From: Candidatus Culexmicrobium cathedralense
Lineage (GTDB): Archaea; Thermoproteota; Methanomethylicia; Culexarchaeales; Culexmicrobiaceae
Direction: 5' to 3'
Length of the DNA: 64,000 nt
Assembly: GCA_025061115.1 (NCBI GenBank)
Contig: JANZKC010000001.1
Location: 736,001 to 800,000 of the forward strand
Shown here: one piece after another, positions 39,320 to 50,553 of the stretch
Layout of the letters: each line of letters opens with the position of its first letter
Numbering within the stretch: position 1 is the stretch's first letter
The notes under the pieces: generated by a model
What the model was told of the DNA's origin: nothing
Databases searched by the model: none
What the model saw: only the letters and a program-made list of their open reading frames with translations
Program-made: the position numbers and the translations under genes

Positions 39320-39832
39320 CTTTCATACGCCTCACGATTAATACTTAGTCTAGGGGCAGCATACATAATTACCATCATGAACCCGAGGACAAAATCATGG
39401 AGTTAGGTCGATTGGTAAGAATTAATCCTAGGGGAATATGGAGAGATGAAGGGGAATTTAATAGATGGCTTGTAGGTAACATAGATATTCTCGCTGAAGC
39501 AAGAACAAAGCGCAATAGCACTTACCTAGCACCATCAGAGGGGTTATAGGTCCGTAGGCAAGATAATAGAGGAACGTGGAGGCAGAACCTAAGGCATCTA
39601 TAGCCATGAGACCTTTATGCATGTCAGCTTTAGTGAAGGCCCTACCTAGCAACAGAGTGAGGGGTATTCCGAGAAGTTGAGCAGCAGTGAATATCACGCC
39701 TACTTCAAGGACCGTATAGCCAGTAATTAGTAAGTAGAATGGGAGAGCGTACCATAAGATGAGAGGAGGACACGCAAGTGTGTGGTAGAGTATGTACCTA
39801 CGTGCTTCAGAAAGGAGGCCCCTGAACCGCAT
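39320..39832 (-). pseudogene. Truncated MFS transporter
   Basis: The first ~100 aa read as an MFS N-terminus (LPFYLLITGYTVLEVGVIFT), then the frame collapses; hydrophobic fragments continue downstream. Confidence 0.6.
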
Positions 39833-40060
39833 CGGCAGGCACCACTCACTCGCAGCGCCCCACTAAGTTGCTCGAAGCATCTCAAAACCCTATTAATCTT
39901 TATCGCCATTAGTTGCCTCAGTAAGGGTAGCAGGAAGAGAGCTTTAAGTTTTATTCAATCTCAGAAAGATATATGCGACTAAGAACTTCGGAAGACTATT
40001 ATCACGGAATTTATACGTCTTGTTAATAGGATGTAGTATTGTTAAATCAGTTTAATAGGC

Positions 40061-40514
40061 TTAATAAATGTAGGGGATGAACCTCTTAGTCTTCTTCATA
40101 TATTCCAAACAGTCTTCCCCGAATTTCTTATGAGCATTCTCTTCTCGATCTTTATTCTATACAGGATGCATGTGATAAGTAGCAGCATTGTGAGGAAGCT
40201 ATATAAACTGGAAAAGAACAGGGGATTCCTAGGCTATACAGAATCATGGCTAGATAGCATGGATGCCTAATATGCCTATAAATATCATGCTTTACAAGCT
40301 TATGACCTGGGAGAACCTTGAGAGCATAAGTGTAGTACTTGCCAAGGGTCTTACTAGCAACCCAGCGGACATAGGCGCCCGCTATGAGCAGAATTAGGCC
40401 AATAACATTTACTGATGTAAACTTATAGTTCATTTCTCGTAGTATTACGAAATCCCACATAGTCGCAAGCAGAGCTATAGATCACACTAGCGTGGCTAAA
40501 ACTATGACGTACAT
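40061..40514 (-). pseudogene. Isoprenylcysteine carboxyl methyltransferase (ICMT/Ste14)-family pseudogene
   Basis: HKLV...IYRHIRHPCY motif, in-frame TGA at 40482-40484, and a C-terminus (IEKRML / KFGEDCLEYMKKTKRFIPYIY) reached only via two frameshifts. Confidence 0.75.
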
Positions 40515-40656
40515 GTCATCTCTCCATCTTGCACTTCATACACCTTCACTCAGCCTTATCACTGGTTTACCGCACAAGTAAGTTTACTCACTATCAATAA
40601 CTCTTAACACTACTTAGAGAGTACTTGATTGGGGAGGCTCTATGGGAAGGGCTCTC

Positions 40657-41268
40657 TCAAGAGGGTGCGGAGGTTTCTGTCCGCCCTAAGAAAGACTCAA
40701 CAACCATTTTTATGTCACTGAACACCTCACCGACACTTCGCTCACCATCAACAACGACCCAATTAAATTCCTTGGAAAGTTTGAGGTAACAATTCCTTAC
40801 TTTCTCGAGAAAAGCATAGTTCCGCTCATATATGTCCTGCTCTTTCTTCATACGTTTAAATGACGTATCAACGGTTATGTCTATGACTACCACTAAGTCC
40901 GCCTTTGGAAGACCTTCTTCAAGGCATAACAGCCACTTGAGTGGAAGGTCATTGGCTAAGCCATAGGCAATCCCTGAGGGGGTATATCGGTCTGCTATGA
41001 CTATTCTTCCATCATCGATCCACTTTTCAATGTCGCGCTTTCTCTCCCACCTATTTGCTACGTATAGAAGCTGGCGAACTTCGGCTGAAAAGTTGCGCTT
41101 GCCATCGAGAAAAGCTTTAATTTCCTTTCCAATTGGCGTTGAGTAGTCTGGAAACTCTATTGTCTCAACTTTAAGGCCCAAATTTTCAAGCCAAGCTTTA
41201 AGCAACCTTGCCTGAGTTCCCTTACCAGACTTATCTATTCCCTCTAAGGCGACTAGGCGCCCAGCCAA
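40657..41268 (-). CDS. tmk: Thymidylate kinase
   Basis: LEGIDKSGKGTQ, FPDY.T.IG and DRY..SG.AY motifs. Confidence 0.93.
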   Translation of the reverse strand: MAGRLVALEGIDKSGKGTQARLLKAWLENLGLKVETIEFPDYSTPIGKEIKAFLDGKRNFSAEVRQLLYVANRWERKRDIEKWIDDGRIVIADRYTPSGIAYGLANDLPLKWLLCLEEGLPKADLVVVIDITVDTSFKRMKKEQDIYERNYAFLEKVRNCYLKLSKEFNWVVVDGERSVGEVFSDIKMVVESFLGRTETSAPS

Positions 41269-41371
41269 TTAGGCACCTCCAAGCCATGAGCCTGTTTAAG
41301 CACGAAATATATAGCCCTTGTCTTTATAACAACATAGCGACTTAAAGCATTAAAACGCGGAGAAAGTCAAC

Positions 41372-42670
41372 ATGTGGAAGAGCTATTCGGAGATTAGAGA
41401 TCCAATTTATGGATATATCTTCATAAGTGAAGTAGAGCGAAAAATTATAGATACTGAGGTATTTCAGCGGTTAAGGAGGATCAAACAACTTGGAGGAGCA
41501 TACTTAACCTATCCAGGAGCTGAACACACGAGGTTTGGGCACTCCATAGGGACAATGCATCTTGCAGGCAAGCTCGGCGAGCACTTGTTAAAGCTTGGAT
41601 TAATCGAAGAAGAGGATATAGAGCGCATTCGCATCGCAGCCCTCCTCCACGACGTGGGTCATGGCCCATTCTCTCACGTATACGAAGACGTATCTACGAA
41701 ATACATTGGCAAAAATCATGAGGATTTGACGCACTGGCTAGTGTTGGAGAGCGAAATAAAGGACATTCTTGACGACCAAGGATTAAATCCAATTGACATT
41801 GCGAATTTAGCCGTAGGAAGGAAGGCTACGAGCGGAAAGCAGTTTTTGGACCAAGTAATTTCAAGTCAGTTTGACGTGGATAAGATGGACTTTCTAGTTA
41901 GGGACTCGCACTTCACAGGAGTACAGTACGGGTTAATTGACGTTTTTAGAATAATATATTCGATCGACGCGATAAATGGAAACTTGGCAGTAGAAATACC
42001 TGGGGCACTTTATGCTCTTGAAGCTTTTTTGATAGCTAGATATGAAATGTTTAAGGCAGTATATTACCATCGAACGGTTAGAAGTGCGAATGTTATGCTT
42101 TCCAAAGCAATGGAGCTAGCCAAGGATTACTTAGGGCTCGTGGACTTCAAAACCCCAGAGGAGTACCTGAAGTTGGATGATGCATTTGTCATCACTAAAA
42201 TTAAAGAACTGAAGAGCAGCAACGATGAGGAATTGAAGCAAGCATTCAAGCTAGTAGACATGCTAAGTAAACGAAGGCTACTCAAGTGCGCATATGAAGT
42301 TACAGTTCACATTAAAGACAAGTTCATGGCCAGCATGCTCACCCGAGAAAGAGTTAGGGAAGAGCTGGAGCAGGAAATCGCTAAAAGAGCAGGAGTAAGT
42401 GAGGAGGAAGTATTTATTGACGTGCCAACACTCCCATCCATTCCATACAATCCGAGGCAGCTTGACCCTATGGAAATAGTAGTCTTTGAGGAGGAGAAAG
42501 GCAGAAAGATTCTGCACCGTCTAAGTGAAATCTCCGACATAGTTAATGTGCTTAAGGGATACCTCGACGTTGTAAGAGCATATACGTTCCCAGAGTACAG
42601 GGAGAAGGTAAGGGAAGCTGCGCGGAGCATTTTAGGGGAAGGCCCTACTTCAACTAAAATTTCACTTTAG
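41372..42670 (+). CDS. HD-domain phosphohydrolase (dNTPase/SAMHD1-like)
   Basis: DPIYG, FQRLRRIKQLG, HTRF.HS.G, LLHDVGHGPFSH and DVDKMD motifs. Confidence 0.92.
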   Translation: MWKSYSEIRDPIYGYIFISEVERKIIDTEVFQRLRRIKQLGGAYLTYPGAEHTRFGHSIGTMHLAGKLGEHLLKLGLIEEEDIERIRIAALLHDVGHGPFSHVYEDVSTKYIGKNHEDLTHWLVLESEIKDILDDQGLNPIDIANLAVGRKATSGKQFLDQVISSQFDVDKMDFLVRDSHFTGVQYGLIDVFRIIYSIDAINGNLAVEIPGALYALEAFLIARYEMFKAVYYHRTVRSANVMLSKAMELAKDYLGLVDFKTPEEYLKLDDAFVITKIKELKSSNDEELKQAFKLVDMLSKRRLLKCAYEVTVHIKDKFMASMLTRERVREELEQEIAKRAGVSEEEVFIDVPTLPSIPYNPRQLDPMEIVVFEEEKGRKILHRLSEISDIVNVLKGYLDVVRAYTFPEYREKVREAARSILGEGPTSTKISL

Positions 42671-42685
42671 CGGTAAAGCAATCCA

Positions 42686-43105
42686 TTAAGCCCTAACCAC
42701 CTTAACTCTTCCAGCAGCGCCATCAACGTAGACGTAATCGCCATCGCGAATTACTTCGAGGGGGTTAATCAATAAGTGGTCGACTAATGGGATATTTGAA
42801 ATTATGCATCCAACAATCACGACATGATCAGCTTCAATATTTATTATCGCTGCAGGAGCTGTTCCAAGTTTCGACATCCAATACAAGGTGTAGGCGCCTA
42901 CTGTGCTGCCCTTGCCATGAGGAAAGACCAGCACCTTACCTGAAATGGATCTCCCATTAAGAGGATGCCCCGATTCAATTATTAAGCCAGTGGGGGGGTC
43001 TACGCCACCAAAGAAGGATATCGGCTCACTGGAAACTAGAGCAGGTCCTTCTCCAGCACTTCCTGATAATCCACGCCCCTTAAGGAGCAGTTCCCTTCCC
43101 TTCAA
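42686..43105 (-). CDS. AcnX small (swivel) subunit, probable phosphomevalonate dehydratase small subunit (DUF126)
   Basis: ISFFGGVDP.TG and GKGSTVG motifs. Confidence 0.88.
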   Translation of the reverse strand: MKGRELLLKGRGLSGSAGEGPALVSSEPISFFGGVDPPTGLIIESGHPLNGRSISGKVLVFPHGKGSTVGAYTLYWMSKLGTAPAAIINIEADHVVIVGCIISNIPLVDHLLINPLEVIRDGDYVYVDGAAGRVKVVRA

Positions 43106-43107
43106 GG

Positions 43108-44289
43108 CTAACTTGCCTCCGCAAAGCTTTGAATGCAGGTTTTCATATCCATGAGAGTTACCGTAACTTTCTGTAGAGAGGTTAAGTAATGCGCCGCTTT
43201 ACATGAATTTGTAGCGACAATAGCATCCTTAAGTACATTTCTCGGCATTACTACCGGGCAAGTGTCACAGAAAATTTGTCCTCCAGCAGCTTCTATGGCC
43301 GTTACATATCCGCACCTCTCTGCTTCCTTAAAAACGGTTTGAGAAGTAAATATCCATAGCTTAACGCCCTTCTTAATGCGTTTGCCCCTTAGTAGATGTG
43401 AGAGATTCCTGATTTCATTCAAGCTGCAGTGCGGACAGCCAAAGATTATGAACTGTGACTTCAAAGTGGAAGAGAATTCATCGATAAGTCTGGAAATGTC
43501 GCTTTTGTCGATTTGAATTTTCTCTACAGCAGTTGAAGAGCATTCATCATCTAGGTGAAACATAGAGATGCCTCCAGAAGTAGCCAACCCCGCGGAAAGT
43601 GCTTTTAAAAGCTCTAGTTGCTTACGCCTAAATCCGCAAATAGCAGGCACGCCAATTCCCAAAGTTTTGCCTATGAGGTATCCAAGTGCGCTGGCCTCAA
43701 GAATAGAGGAAATTTTAGTTGATACCAAAACTTTGCATGTTGCACCTCGCATACTTTCAAGGTGGTACCCACAATATGGCGTCAGCCCCGTAATTGCAGA
43801 GGCAAGCGCTGATGGGCCGCTTTCTCTATTGGTCTTAGCGCCAACAACTGAATTTACATATACAACTGCTGAAGACTCAGCCCACGCAACATCACTGCCA
43901 CGCTTAGGTAGATTCCCGGAGAGATATGGAGTACAAGTACATATGGGCTTGGCACCCATCCGCTTGAAAGCTTCAATTATGCGTTTCTGCTTTACGTAAA
44001 ACTCTTCAGATACGCCCATTTCCCTCCATTTTATAAGATCAATTCCAGCGGGGTTTAGGGTTGTGAGAACTTTAACTCGAGCGCCCAGCAACGAAAAATC
44101 TTCGATAAAGGATAATCCCGCATCGCCGATGTTAGCGTAGCTAATACCCGAAATGTGGGCGCTTGAAATTGGAATCAGCTTTTCAGCTCCTAATGCATCT
44201 CCTAGAGCTACGAGCAACTCCATGGCTTTCTGAACTGCTAAGCCCCGCTCGCCTTTAAGCATTAATTCCTGCTCTTTAGTGAGGTGCAA
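43108..44289 (-). CDS. AcnX large subunit, probable phosphomevalonate dehydratase large subunit (DUF521)
   Basis: CTCTPY, AWAESSA, N.V.GA.TNRE, GCPHCS and DTC motifs; TTG at 44289. Confidence 0.9.
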   Translation of the reverse strand: MHLTKEQELMLKGERGLAVQKAMELLVALGDALGAEKLIPISSAHISGISYANIGDAGLSFIEDFSLLGARVKVLTTLNPAGIDLIKWREMGVSEEFYVKQKRIIEAFKRMGAKPICTCTPYLSGNLPKRGSDVAWAESSAVVYVNSVVGAKTNRESGPSALASAITGLTPYCGYHLESMRGATCKVLVSTKISSILEASALGYLIGKTLGIGVPAICGFRRKQLELLKALSAGLATSGGISMFHLDDECSSTAVEKIQIDKSDISRLIDEFSSTLKSQFIIFGCPHCSLNEIRNLSHLLRGKRIKKGVKLWIFTSQTVFKEAERCGYVTAIEAAGGQIFCDTCPVVMPRNVLKDAIVATNSCKAAHYLTSLQKVTVTLMDMKTCIQSFAEAS

Positions 44290-45631
44290 TGCGAAGGGCC
44301 TCCAAGATCTTCTTAACTTCACTCAACCGGGGAATTGCGGCCTTTTGAAAGTGATGAGCAGGCTTATTTAAGGGCTTTGTAGCATCAATTCCCATCTTCG
44401 CAGTTATTAGTTGCTCTTGGTCCGCTGATGGATCAATACTTGAGCCCCTCACATGCCTTATGATCAAAAGGTCTTCATCTGCTTGAAAGCGCGTTGCAAT
44501 GGCCCACTCAACCTCGTTAATGTCGTCTATGTTGATGTCTTCATCAACAACGATTACATGCTTTAAACTTGGATGAGCTGCAAAGGCTGCTAGAATTGCA
44601 TTTTTCGCATCACCTTCGCATGCCTTTTTTATTGATATAATTGCATGAAGCCAGCCGCACCCTCCAAATGAAAGCTTGACATCCTTAACCTCTGGAACTA
44701 CTTGGCTGACGTATTTGCGAATTAGAGCCTCCCTGTGAAATCCCATTAGAAGTCGGTGTTCAGAGCTTGCTGGGAGAATGGCTTGATAAATCGCATCTTC
44801 TCTCATGAAAATCTTACTAACTTTTATCACAGGCTGCTTTCGAATCACATCATATGTTCCAGTTATGTCGACAAATGGACCTTCGTCTGAGAGCGTATTA
44901 GGGTAGAGAAAGCCTTCAATGAGGATCTCTGCATCTGCAGGAATTAAAATATCAGCATGGGTACAGCGCGTGACTTTGAGCTTATTTCCCACTAATGAGT
45001 TTGCCACGTGAAGCTCATCAACCCCTAAAGGTGGAGATGAAGATGCAGCTAGGAGAACTGCGGGGTGAAGCCCAATGACAATTGCTATTGGAAGGGGTTC
45101 TCCCATACGCTCTGCCCTCTTCATCATGTGGTATAAATGTCTGGGAACTACACGGATTACCAATGTTCTCTCATCTAGAACGAGCATTCTATGAATCGAA
45201 GCGTTTTGGTAGTGTTCCTTTAAATCTTTAGCAATAACTACTCCAGCAGTAATGTAAGGCCCAGCATCTCGCTCATAATGAGTGAGGGCCGGCAGCCTAT
45301 ACAAGCTGGTTTCTTCTAAGTCTTTAACTGGAGCATCCTCAACTTCAGTTGGAGGAGTAGGCTTCTCAATTGCCTCTAGAAGCAGGTCATGCAATTTGTA
45401 GCTCGACACACCTAGAGCCAAACTAAGCTTATTCCGAGAATTGCAAACACCGCCTACAACTTTAATGCTAAATCCCTTCACACTCTTAAAAAGTGCTGCT
45501 GGGCCGCGATCCAACACTTTCAGTGCCGCAGCTATCTCGTACTTAGGTGAAAGCGAATGCTCAACGTGAACCAGCTCTCCTGCCTGCTCAAGCACCTTTA
45601 AAGCACGCCTCAAATCTACATCAGCCAACAT
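44276..45631 (-). CDS. UbiD-family decarboxylase, probable anhydromevalonate phosphate decarboxylase
   Basis: D.GPYITAG, EGPF.D.TG.Y, VVDEDI and WAIATR motifs; in an operon with the AcnX pair. Confidence 0.88.
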   Translation of the reverse strand: MLADVDLRRALKVLEQAGELVHVEHSLSPKYEIAAALKVLDRGPAALFKSVKGFSIKVVGGVCNSRNKLSLALGVSSYKLHDLLLEAIEKPTPPTEVEDAPVKDLEETSLYRLPALTHYERDAGPYITAGVVIAKDLKEHYQNASIHRMLVLDERTLVIRVVPRHLYHMMKRAERMGEPLPIAIVIGLHPAVLLAASSSPPLGVDELHVANSLVGNKLKVTRCTHADILIPADAEILIEGFLYPNTLSDEGPFVDITGTYDVIRKQPVIKVSKIFMREDAIYQAILPASSEHRLLMGFHREALIRKYVSQVVPEVKDVKLSFGGCGWLHAIISIKKACEGDAKNAILAAFAAHPSLKHVIVVDEDINIDDINEVEWAIATRFQADEDLLIIRHVRGSSIDPSADQEQLITAKMGIDATKPLNKPAHHFQKAAIPRLSEVKKILEALRIAPH

Positions 45632-45768
45632 TCACACCAAGAAAAAGGGGCATCGCCGCACAATTAAACATTTTCGAATACAAAAGGTAGAGGTTCGCAT
45701 CTTGAATTAAGAGGTAAAAAATAAATAATCCGCCACATTTTGCAGTAACGGTATAGGAGGAGATCACC

Positions 45769-47397
45769 ATGACGGCTGTAACTGGTCAACCTGTGCTTCT
45801 TTTAAAGGAAGGAGCAAGTAGAACCATAGGGCGGGAAGCATTAAGGTCTAACATACTAGCCGCTAGAATATTGGCTGAAACAATAAGAAGTTCACTCGGT
45901 CCTCGCGGTATGGATAAAATGCTAGTAGACAGCTTCGGAGACATCGTGATAACTAATGATGGTGCGACGATCCTAAAGGAAATGGATGTTCAGCACCCAG
46001 CTGCAAAAATGATGGTTGAAGTAGCAAAGGCACAGGACGACGAAGTTGGAGATGGAACAACAACGTCAGTAATTCTAGCTGGAGAACTGCTAAAACAAGC
46101 TGAAGACCTCTTGCTACAGGATGTCCACCCAACAATCATAATAGAAGGTTACAAGAAAGCCATGGACAAAGCTCTAGAGATAATTGATGAAATCGCAGTC
46201 CCAATAGACCCAACCGATAAGGAGACGCTGAAGAAAGCAGGAATAACATCATTGTCAAGCAAAGCAATGATAGTTGGCGCAATTGAAAGGCTAACCGAAA
46301 TGGCCGTAGATGCAGTTCTACAAGTTGCTGAGAAGAAGGATGACAAATGGCACGTAGACATAGATAATGTGAAGGTAGAGAAGAAGGAAGGCGGATCTCT
46401 AGATGACACCAAGCTGGTTTACGGCATAGTTCTGGATAAGGAAGTTGTTCACCCAGGCATGCCAAAGCGCGTGGAAAATGCAAAGATTGCACTGCTAAAT
46501 TGCCCAATTGAAGTCGAAAAAACCGAAATCAGTGCAAAGATACACATTACAAGCCCAGAACAGATGCGCGCATTCCTAGAGCGAGAAACTGAAATGCTTA
46601 AGAAAATGGTTGAAAAAATAGCCGAAGTTGGAGCAAACGTGGTCATATGCCAGAAGGGCATTGACGACGTAGCCCAGCACTACCTAGCCAAAAAGAAAAT
46701 CCTGGCAGTGAGGAGAGTCAAGGAGTCAGACATGGCAAAAATAGCGAAAGCTACAGGTGGAAAAATCATTACCAGCATTGACGACTTATCATCAAAGGAC
46801 TTAGGAGAAGCTGAGCTTGTTGAAGAAAGAAAAGTCGGCGAGGACAAGATGGTATTCATCGAGGGTTGCAAGAACCCTAAGGCAGTAACTATTCTGGTAC
46901 GCGGAGGAACAAAGCACCTCATTGATGAGGCAGAGAGATCACTGCACGATGCACTGTGCGTTGTAAGAAACCTAGTTAGAGAGCCTAAGATTGTGGCTGG
47001 AGGAGGAGCTCCAGAAGCAGAAGTAGCGCATAGAATTCGAGAGTGGGCCAGAACACTAAGAGGAAAAGAGCAACTTGCGGCATTGAAGTTTGCAGATGCC
47101 TTAGAGGTCATACCATTAACACTAGCTGAAAACGCAGGACTAGACCCAGTAGACATCATGGTCGATTTGAGAGCCAGACACGAGAAGGGCGAGAAATGGA
47201 CAGGAATCGACATTGTAAATGGAAAAGTGACAAACATGTGGGAGAAGGGAGTACTAGAGCCAGCTTGTGTGAAGAAGCAAGCAATCAAATCTGGAACGGA
47301 AGCTGCAATAATGATTCTGAGAATAGATGACATAATTGCAGCTGCACCACCAAGCAAGGAAGAGAAAGGAAAGAGTGGAGGAGAAGAATTTAGTTAA
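45769..47397 (+). CDS. Thermosome (group II chaperonin) subunit
   Basis: [16 protein letters not shown] and GGGAPE motifs. Confidence 0.97.
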   Translation: MTAVTGQPVLLLKEGASRTIGREALRSNILAARILAETIRSSLGPRGMDKMLVDSFGDIVITNDGATILKEMDVQHPAAKMMVEVAKAQDDEVGDGTTTSVILAGELLKQAEDLLLQDVHPTIIIEGYKKAMDKALEIIDEIAVPIDPTDKETLKKAGITSLSSKAMIVGAIERLTEMAVDAVLQVAEKKDDKWHVDIDNVKVEKKEGGSLDDTKLVYGIVLDKEVVHPGMPKRVENAKIALLNCPIEVEKTEISAKIHITSPEQMRAFLERETEMLKKMVEKIAEVGANVVICQKGIDDVAQHYLAKKKILAVRRVKESDMAKIAKATGGKIITSIDDLSSKDLGEAELVEERKVGEDKMVFIEGCKNPKAVTILVRGGTKHLIDEAERSLHDALCVVRNLVREPKIVAGGGAPEAEVAHRIREWARTLRGKEQLAALKFADALEVIPLTLAENAGLDPVDIMVDLRARHEKGEKWTGIDIVNGKVTNMWEKGVLEPACVKKQAIKSGTEAAIMILRIDDIIAAAPPSKEEKGKSGGEEFS

Positions 47398-47410
47398 ATA
47401 GATAATTAGT

Positions 47411-47453
47411 TAAATAGATAAAAAAATAATTATATTATTTTTTTATCTATTTA
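47411..47453. terminator. AT-rich perfect inverted repeat between convergent thermosome genes; likely bidirectional terminator
   Basis: TAAATAGATAAAAAAATAAT-TAT-ATTATTTTTTTATCTATTTA, with 20-bp arms giving a T7 run on each strand. Confidence 0.65.
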
Positions 47454-47474
47454 CATGTTTAAAATATTGTGTTT

Positions 47475-49151
47475 TTAGAATTTAGTCTCGCTTTCTTCTT
47501 CCTCTTCTTTCTTCTCCTTTTCCTTCTCCTTTTCTTCTTCAAACCTTGATGCAGCGATTATATCGTCTATCCTCAAAATCATTGCCGCTGCTTCAACTGC
47601 CGACTTGATGGCATTGAATTTAACTATTAATGGTTCGACTACGTCCAATTTTAGCATGTCCGCTGGCTTTCCGCCGAATACGTCAACTCCATACCATTTT
47701 CCTTCTGGTTTCTCGTGTGATGCTCGTAGCTCTGCAAGAATGTCTATTGGATCTAGCCCTGCGTTCTCAGCTAACGTTCTGGGGACAACTTCTATCGCAT
47801 TTGCAAACGCTTCTATTGCAAGCTGCTCTCTTCCACCTACGCTTACTGCATATTCTCTTAATGCCTTGGCAATTTCAAGCTCTGGAGCTCCTCCTCCAGC
47901 CACAATCTTAGGCTCTCTTATTACATCCGCTACCACGTAGAGTGCATCCTTTATTGCTCGCTCCGCTTCATCTACGAAGCGCTCAAGACCGCCTCTGATT
48001 AGGATGCTCACTGATCTTGGATTCTTGCAGCCCTCAACAAACACCACTTTTTCGTCTGCAACTTTTCTCTCTTCAACAAGCTCAGCTTCTCCCAAGTCAC
48101 TGGCTGTTAGGTCGTCTATATTAGTGACTATTCTCCCACCAGTAGCTCTGGACAGCTTCTCCATGTCTGACTTCTTTACTCTCCTTACAGCGAGTATTCC
48201 ATTTTTGGCTAGGTAGTGCTGAGCAATGTCATCGATGCCCTTCTGGCAGAAGAGGACGTTCGCTCCAATGGATTTGATTTTCTCTACCATTGACTTAAGT
48301 AGGCGCTCTTCTTCTTCTAGGAATGCGCGCATTTGCTCTGGGTCTGTTATTCTAATTTCAGCATCGATCTCGGTTTTTTCAACTTCCAGTGGACAGTCTA
48401 ATAGTGCAATTTTCGCGTTTTCCACGCGCTTTGGCATGCCTGGGTGAACAACTTCCTTATCAACTATGATGCCGTAGATCAGCGTTGTGTCCAGCAGTCC
48501 ACCGCCCTTCTTTTTGATAATTTGAATTTGGTCGATATCAGCAAATAGCTTGCCATCCCTTTCTTCTGCTATTTGCTTTACTGCTTTAACTGCTATTTCA
48601 GCCAAGTGCTCTTTGGCCACGGCAACTACCTTTCCACTCATGGAGGTCATTGCAATTTTCTTTAGGGTTTCTTCGTCATCGATGTTTACGGGTATGGCTA
48701 TTTTTTCTAGAACTTCCTTGGCTTTATCCACAGCTTTCTTAAAGCCATTAATTATTAAGGTTGGATGAATGTTCTTCTCTAGCAGGGATTCCGCCTCTTT
48801 CAGTAGCTCACCTGCAAGAACTACAGCTGTTGTTGTCCCATCACCAACTTCCTTGTCTTGAGACTTTGCTACTTCAACCATCATTTTTGCAGCTGGGTGC
48901 TGAACATCCATTTCTTCTAGGATTGTTGCACCGTCATTAGTTATGGTAATATCGCCTAAGCTGTCTACTAGCATTTTATCCATACCGCGAGGGCCAAGCG
49001 AGCTCCTAACGATTTCAGCAACAGCTCTTGCTGCCATGACATTTACTCTTTGAGCTTCCTTTCCAAAAGTCCTACTTGTTCCCTCCTTCAGGATTAGTAC
49101 TGGAACACCACCAATTTGCCCAATAGTAGCTACCTTAGGTCTAGCCGTCAT
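47475..49151 (-). CDS. Thermosome (group II chaperonin) subunit
   Basis: Same motifs as the first subunit plus an acidic tail; ATG at 49151. Confidence 0.97.
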   Translation of the reverse strand: MTARPKVATIGQIGGVPVLILKEGTSRTFGKEAQRVNVMAARAVAEIVRSSLGPRGMDKMLVDSLGDITITNDGATILEEMDVQHPAAKMMVEVAKSQDKEVGDGTTTAVVLAGELLKEAESLLEKNIHPTLIINGFKKAVDKAKEVLEKIAIPVNIDDEETLKKIAMTSMSGKVVAVAKEHLAEIAVKAVKQIAEERDGKLFADIDQIQIIKKKGGGLLDTTLIYGIIVDKEVVHPGMPKRVENAKIALLDCPLEVEKTEIDAEIRITDPEQMRAFLEEEERLLKSMVEKIKSIGANVLFCQKGIDDIAQHYLAKNGILAVRRVKKSDMEKLSRATGGRIVTNIDDLTASDLGEAELVEERKVADEKVVFVEGCKNPRSVSILIRGGLERFVDEAERAIKDALYVVADVIREPKIVAGGGAPELEIAKALREYAVSVGGREQLAIEAFANAIEVVPRTLAENAGLDPIDILAELRASHEKPEGKWYGVDVFGGKPADMLKLDVVEPLIVKFNAIKSAVEAAAMILRIDDIIAASRFEEEKEKEKEKKEEEEESETKF

Positions 49152-49257
49152 CTCTATCGCCCCAACAATAAACACTAGTGCGACTATATATTCATTTCTT
49201 CATAAGGGATGAGCCTGTTAAGGTAAGTGTTGAAAATAATGGATCTAATGGCGCGGG

Positions 49258-50553
49258 CTAAAATGACCACGGATCGAGTTTTTTAATCTCTCTTCCAGTA
49301 TCGCTTATCTTCACATTGCCTAGCACTATTAACCCTACTTCTTCATTAACTGGAGTTAATGTCTCAATAGACCGCTTTGAAAAGTTTACTTCTTTAATAA
49401 TCCCTATTCCTAGGAAGAGGCCTTCAGAGCTGAAGAGGCCGGCCAAAAGTCCTTTTTCGAAGCCTTGCGGCAGCAGTATTATCTCTTCCTTACCAGTTTC
49501 CTGTTTGATTAATTCTTTAGCCTGCTCTTTCAGCTCATTTGAAATGTCGCCCTTTGAAATTAATAGGAGAGCGTCAGAGCAGTGTTCACCATATAGGAAC
49601 TGGAGGCCAGTTAATGATTCAAGGTTTTTAAGCTCTTCGCGGGGGAGCGGGAAGCCTGAGCCCATAAATGAGAACATTAGCCCAACCCTATCCATTGAGA
49701 AAACTCTAGTTTTAGCTCCTGAAAGATATTTGTTGTATGAGGCTTCCCTAATGAGTCTTCGTTCTTCTTTACTCCTTGACCTAATCACTCTTGGAGTGGG
49801 TATGCGAATGATCTCCAAGTTGGTGAGCCCTTGGAAGGGCTTTAATAGATGCTCTAGCTCACTGCCGCGCTGAATTGCAACTACTGTTTTTGGGTTAAGA
49901 AGCAACATTAAAGATAACTTTAAGGTTCGCGCTCCTCTACCAGAAATCCACCCACTTGTATTAACTACGATTACTTCTGCTCCTTCCTTAAGCGCAGCAT
50001 CCAAGAGCGTTCTCGCACCGACGATAACTCTATCGATCAACCCTTTAGGTGAAGTTGAGCCGACGAAAAAGGCATTAAAGAGGGGAACGACGGATAATGA
50101 GGCTACGGGCTTCTCTAGGAAGCCCAATCCTATGGTTGTCGGAGGTCCTATGTCAGATTGACCCAAGTCGTTATCTATAATTGCCGTTTTGAATCCCCTA
50201 ATGTAAGATTGGTTGGCTAGGAACGTGCAGAACGTGCTTTTTCCGCTGTCAACATCCCCAAGCACTATAATGGTCATGGGCTTCTCCATATTGAGAATTC
50301 TATCCACCGCATTTTTCCATTCAGGGGGGATGGTAATGTCCTCCAGCTCCTCCAATCCACCACCCTCTCCAATTCTCACTTCTATGATGGAATCTTCTAA
50401 GGCTTCGAACACCATAACTTTGGACTTTGGAACTACAGTGGATTCTCTAGGTAGCATCCTCTTTCCGAGAACTGTCAAAGAGCCTTCAATTACCTGAATA
50501 AATGCTGGTCCTTCAACTTTGATCACTCTAGATTTTGCTAACTCCACCTTCAT
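49258..50553 (-). CDS. Clp1/Grc3-family polynucleotide 5'-kinase
   Basis: GDVDSGKST, D.DLGQ.DIGPP and NTSGW motifs. Confidence 0.88.
   Translation of the reverse strand: MKVELAKSRVIKVEGPAFIQVIEGSLTVLGKRMLPRESTVVPKSKVMVFEALEDSIIEVRIGEGGGLEELEDITIPPEWKNAVDRILNMEKPMTIIVLGDVDSGKSTFCTFLANQSYIRGFKTAIIDNDLGQSDIGPPTTIGLGFLEKPVASLSVVPLFNAFFVGSTSPKGLIDRVIVGARTLLDAALKEGAEVIVVNTSGWISGRGARTLKLSLMLLLNPKTVVAIQRGSELEHLLKPFQGLTNLEIIRIPTPRVIRSRSKEERRLIREASYNKYLSGAKTRVFSMDRVGLMFSFMGSGFPLPREELKNLESLTGLQFLYGEHCSDALLLISKGDISNELKEQAKELIKQETGKEEIILLPQGFEKGLLAGLFSSEGLFLGIGIIKEVNFSKRSIETLTPVNEEVGLIVLGNVKISDTGREIKKLDPWSF

Noticed and set aside
39312-39345. GTGATGA as a C/D sRNA C box (also at 52411)
   Set aside because: Both coincide with tandem stop codons and lack convincing D/D' boxes.
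40482-40484. In-frame TGA as selenocysteine recoding
   Set aside because: The same gene also has two frameshifts and the site lies in a TM segment; decay is the simpler explanation.
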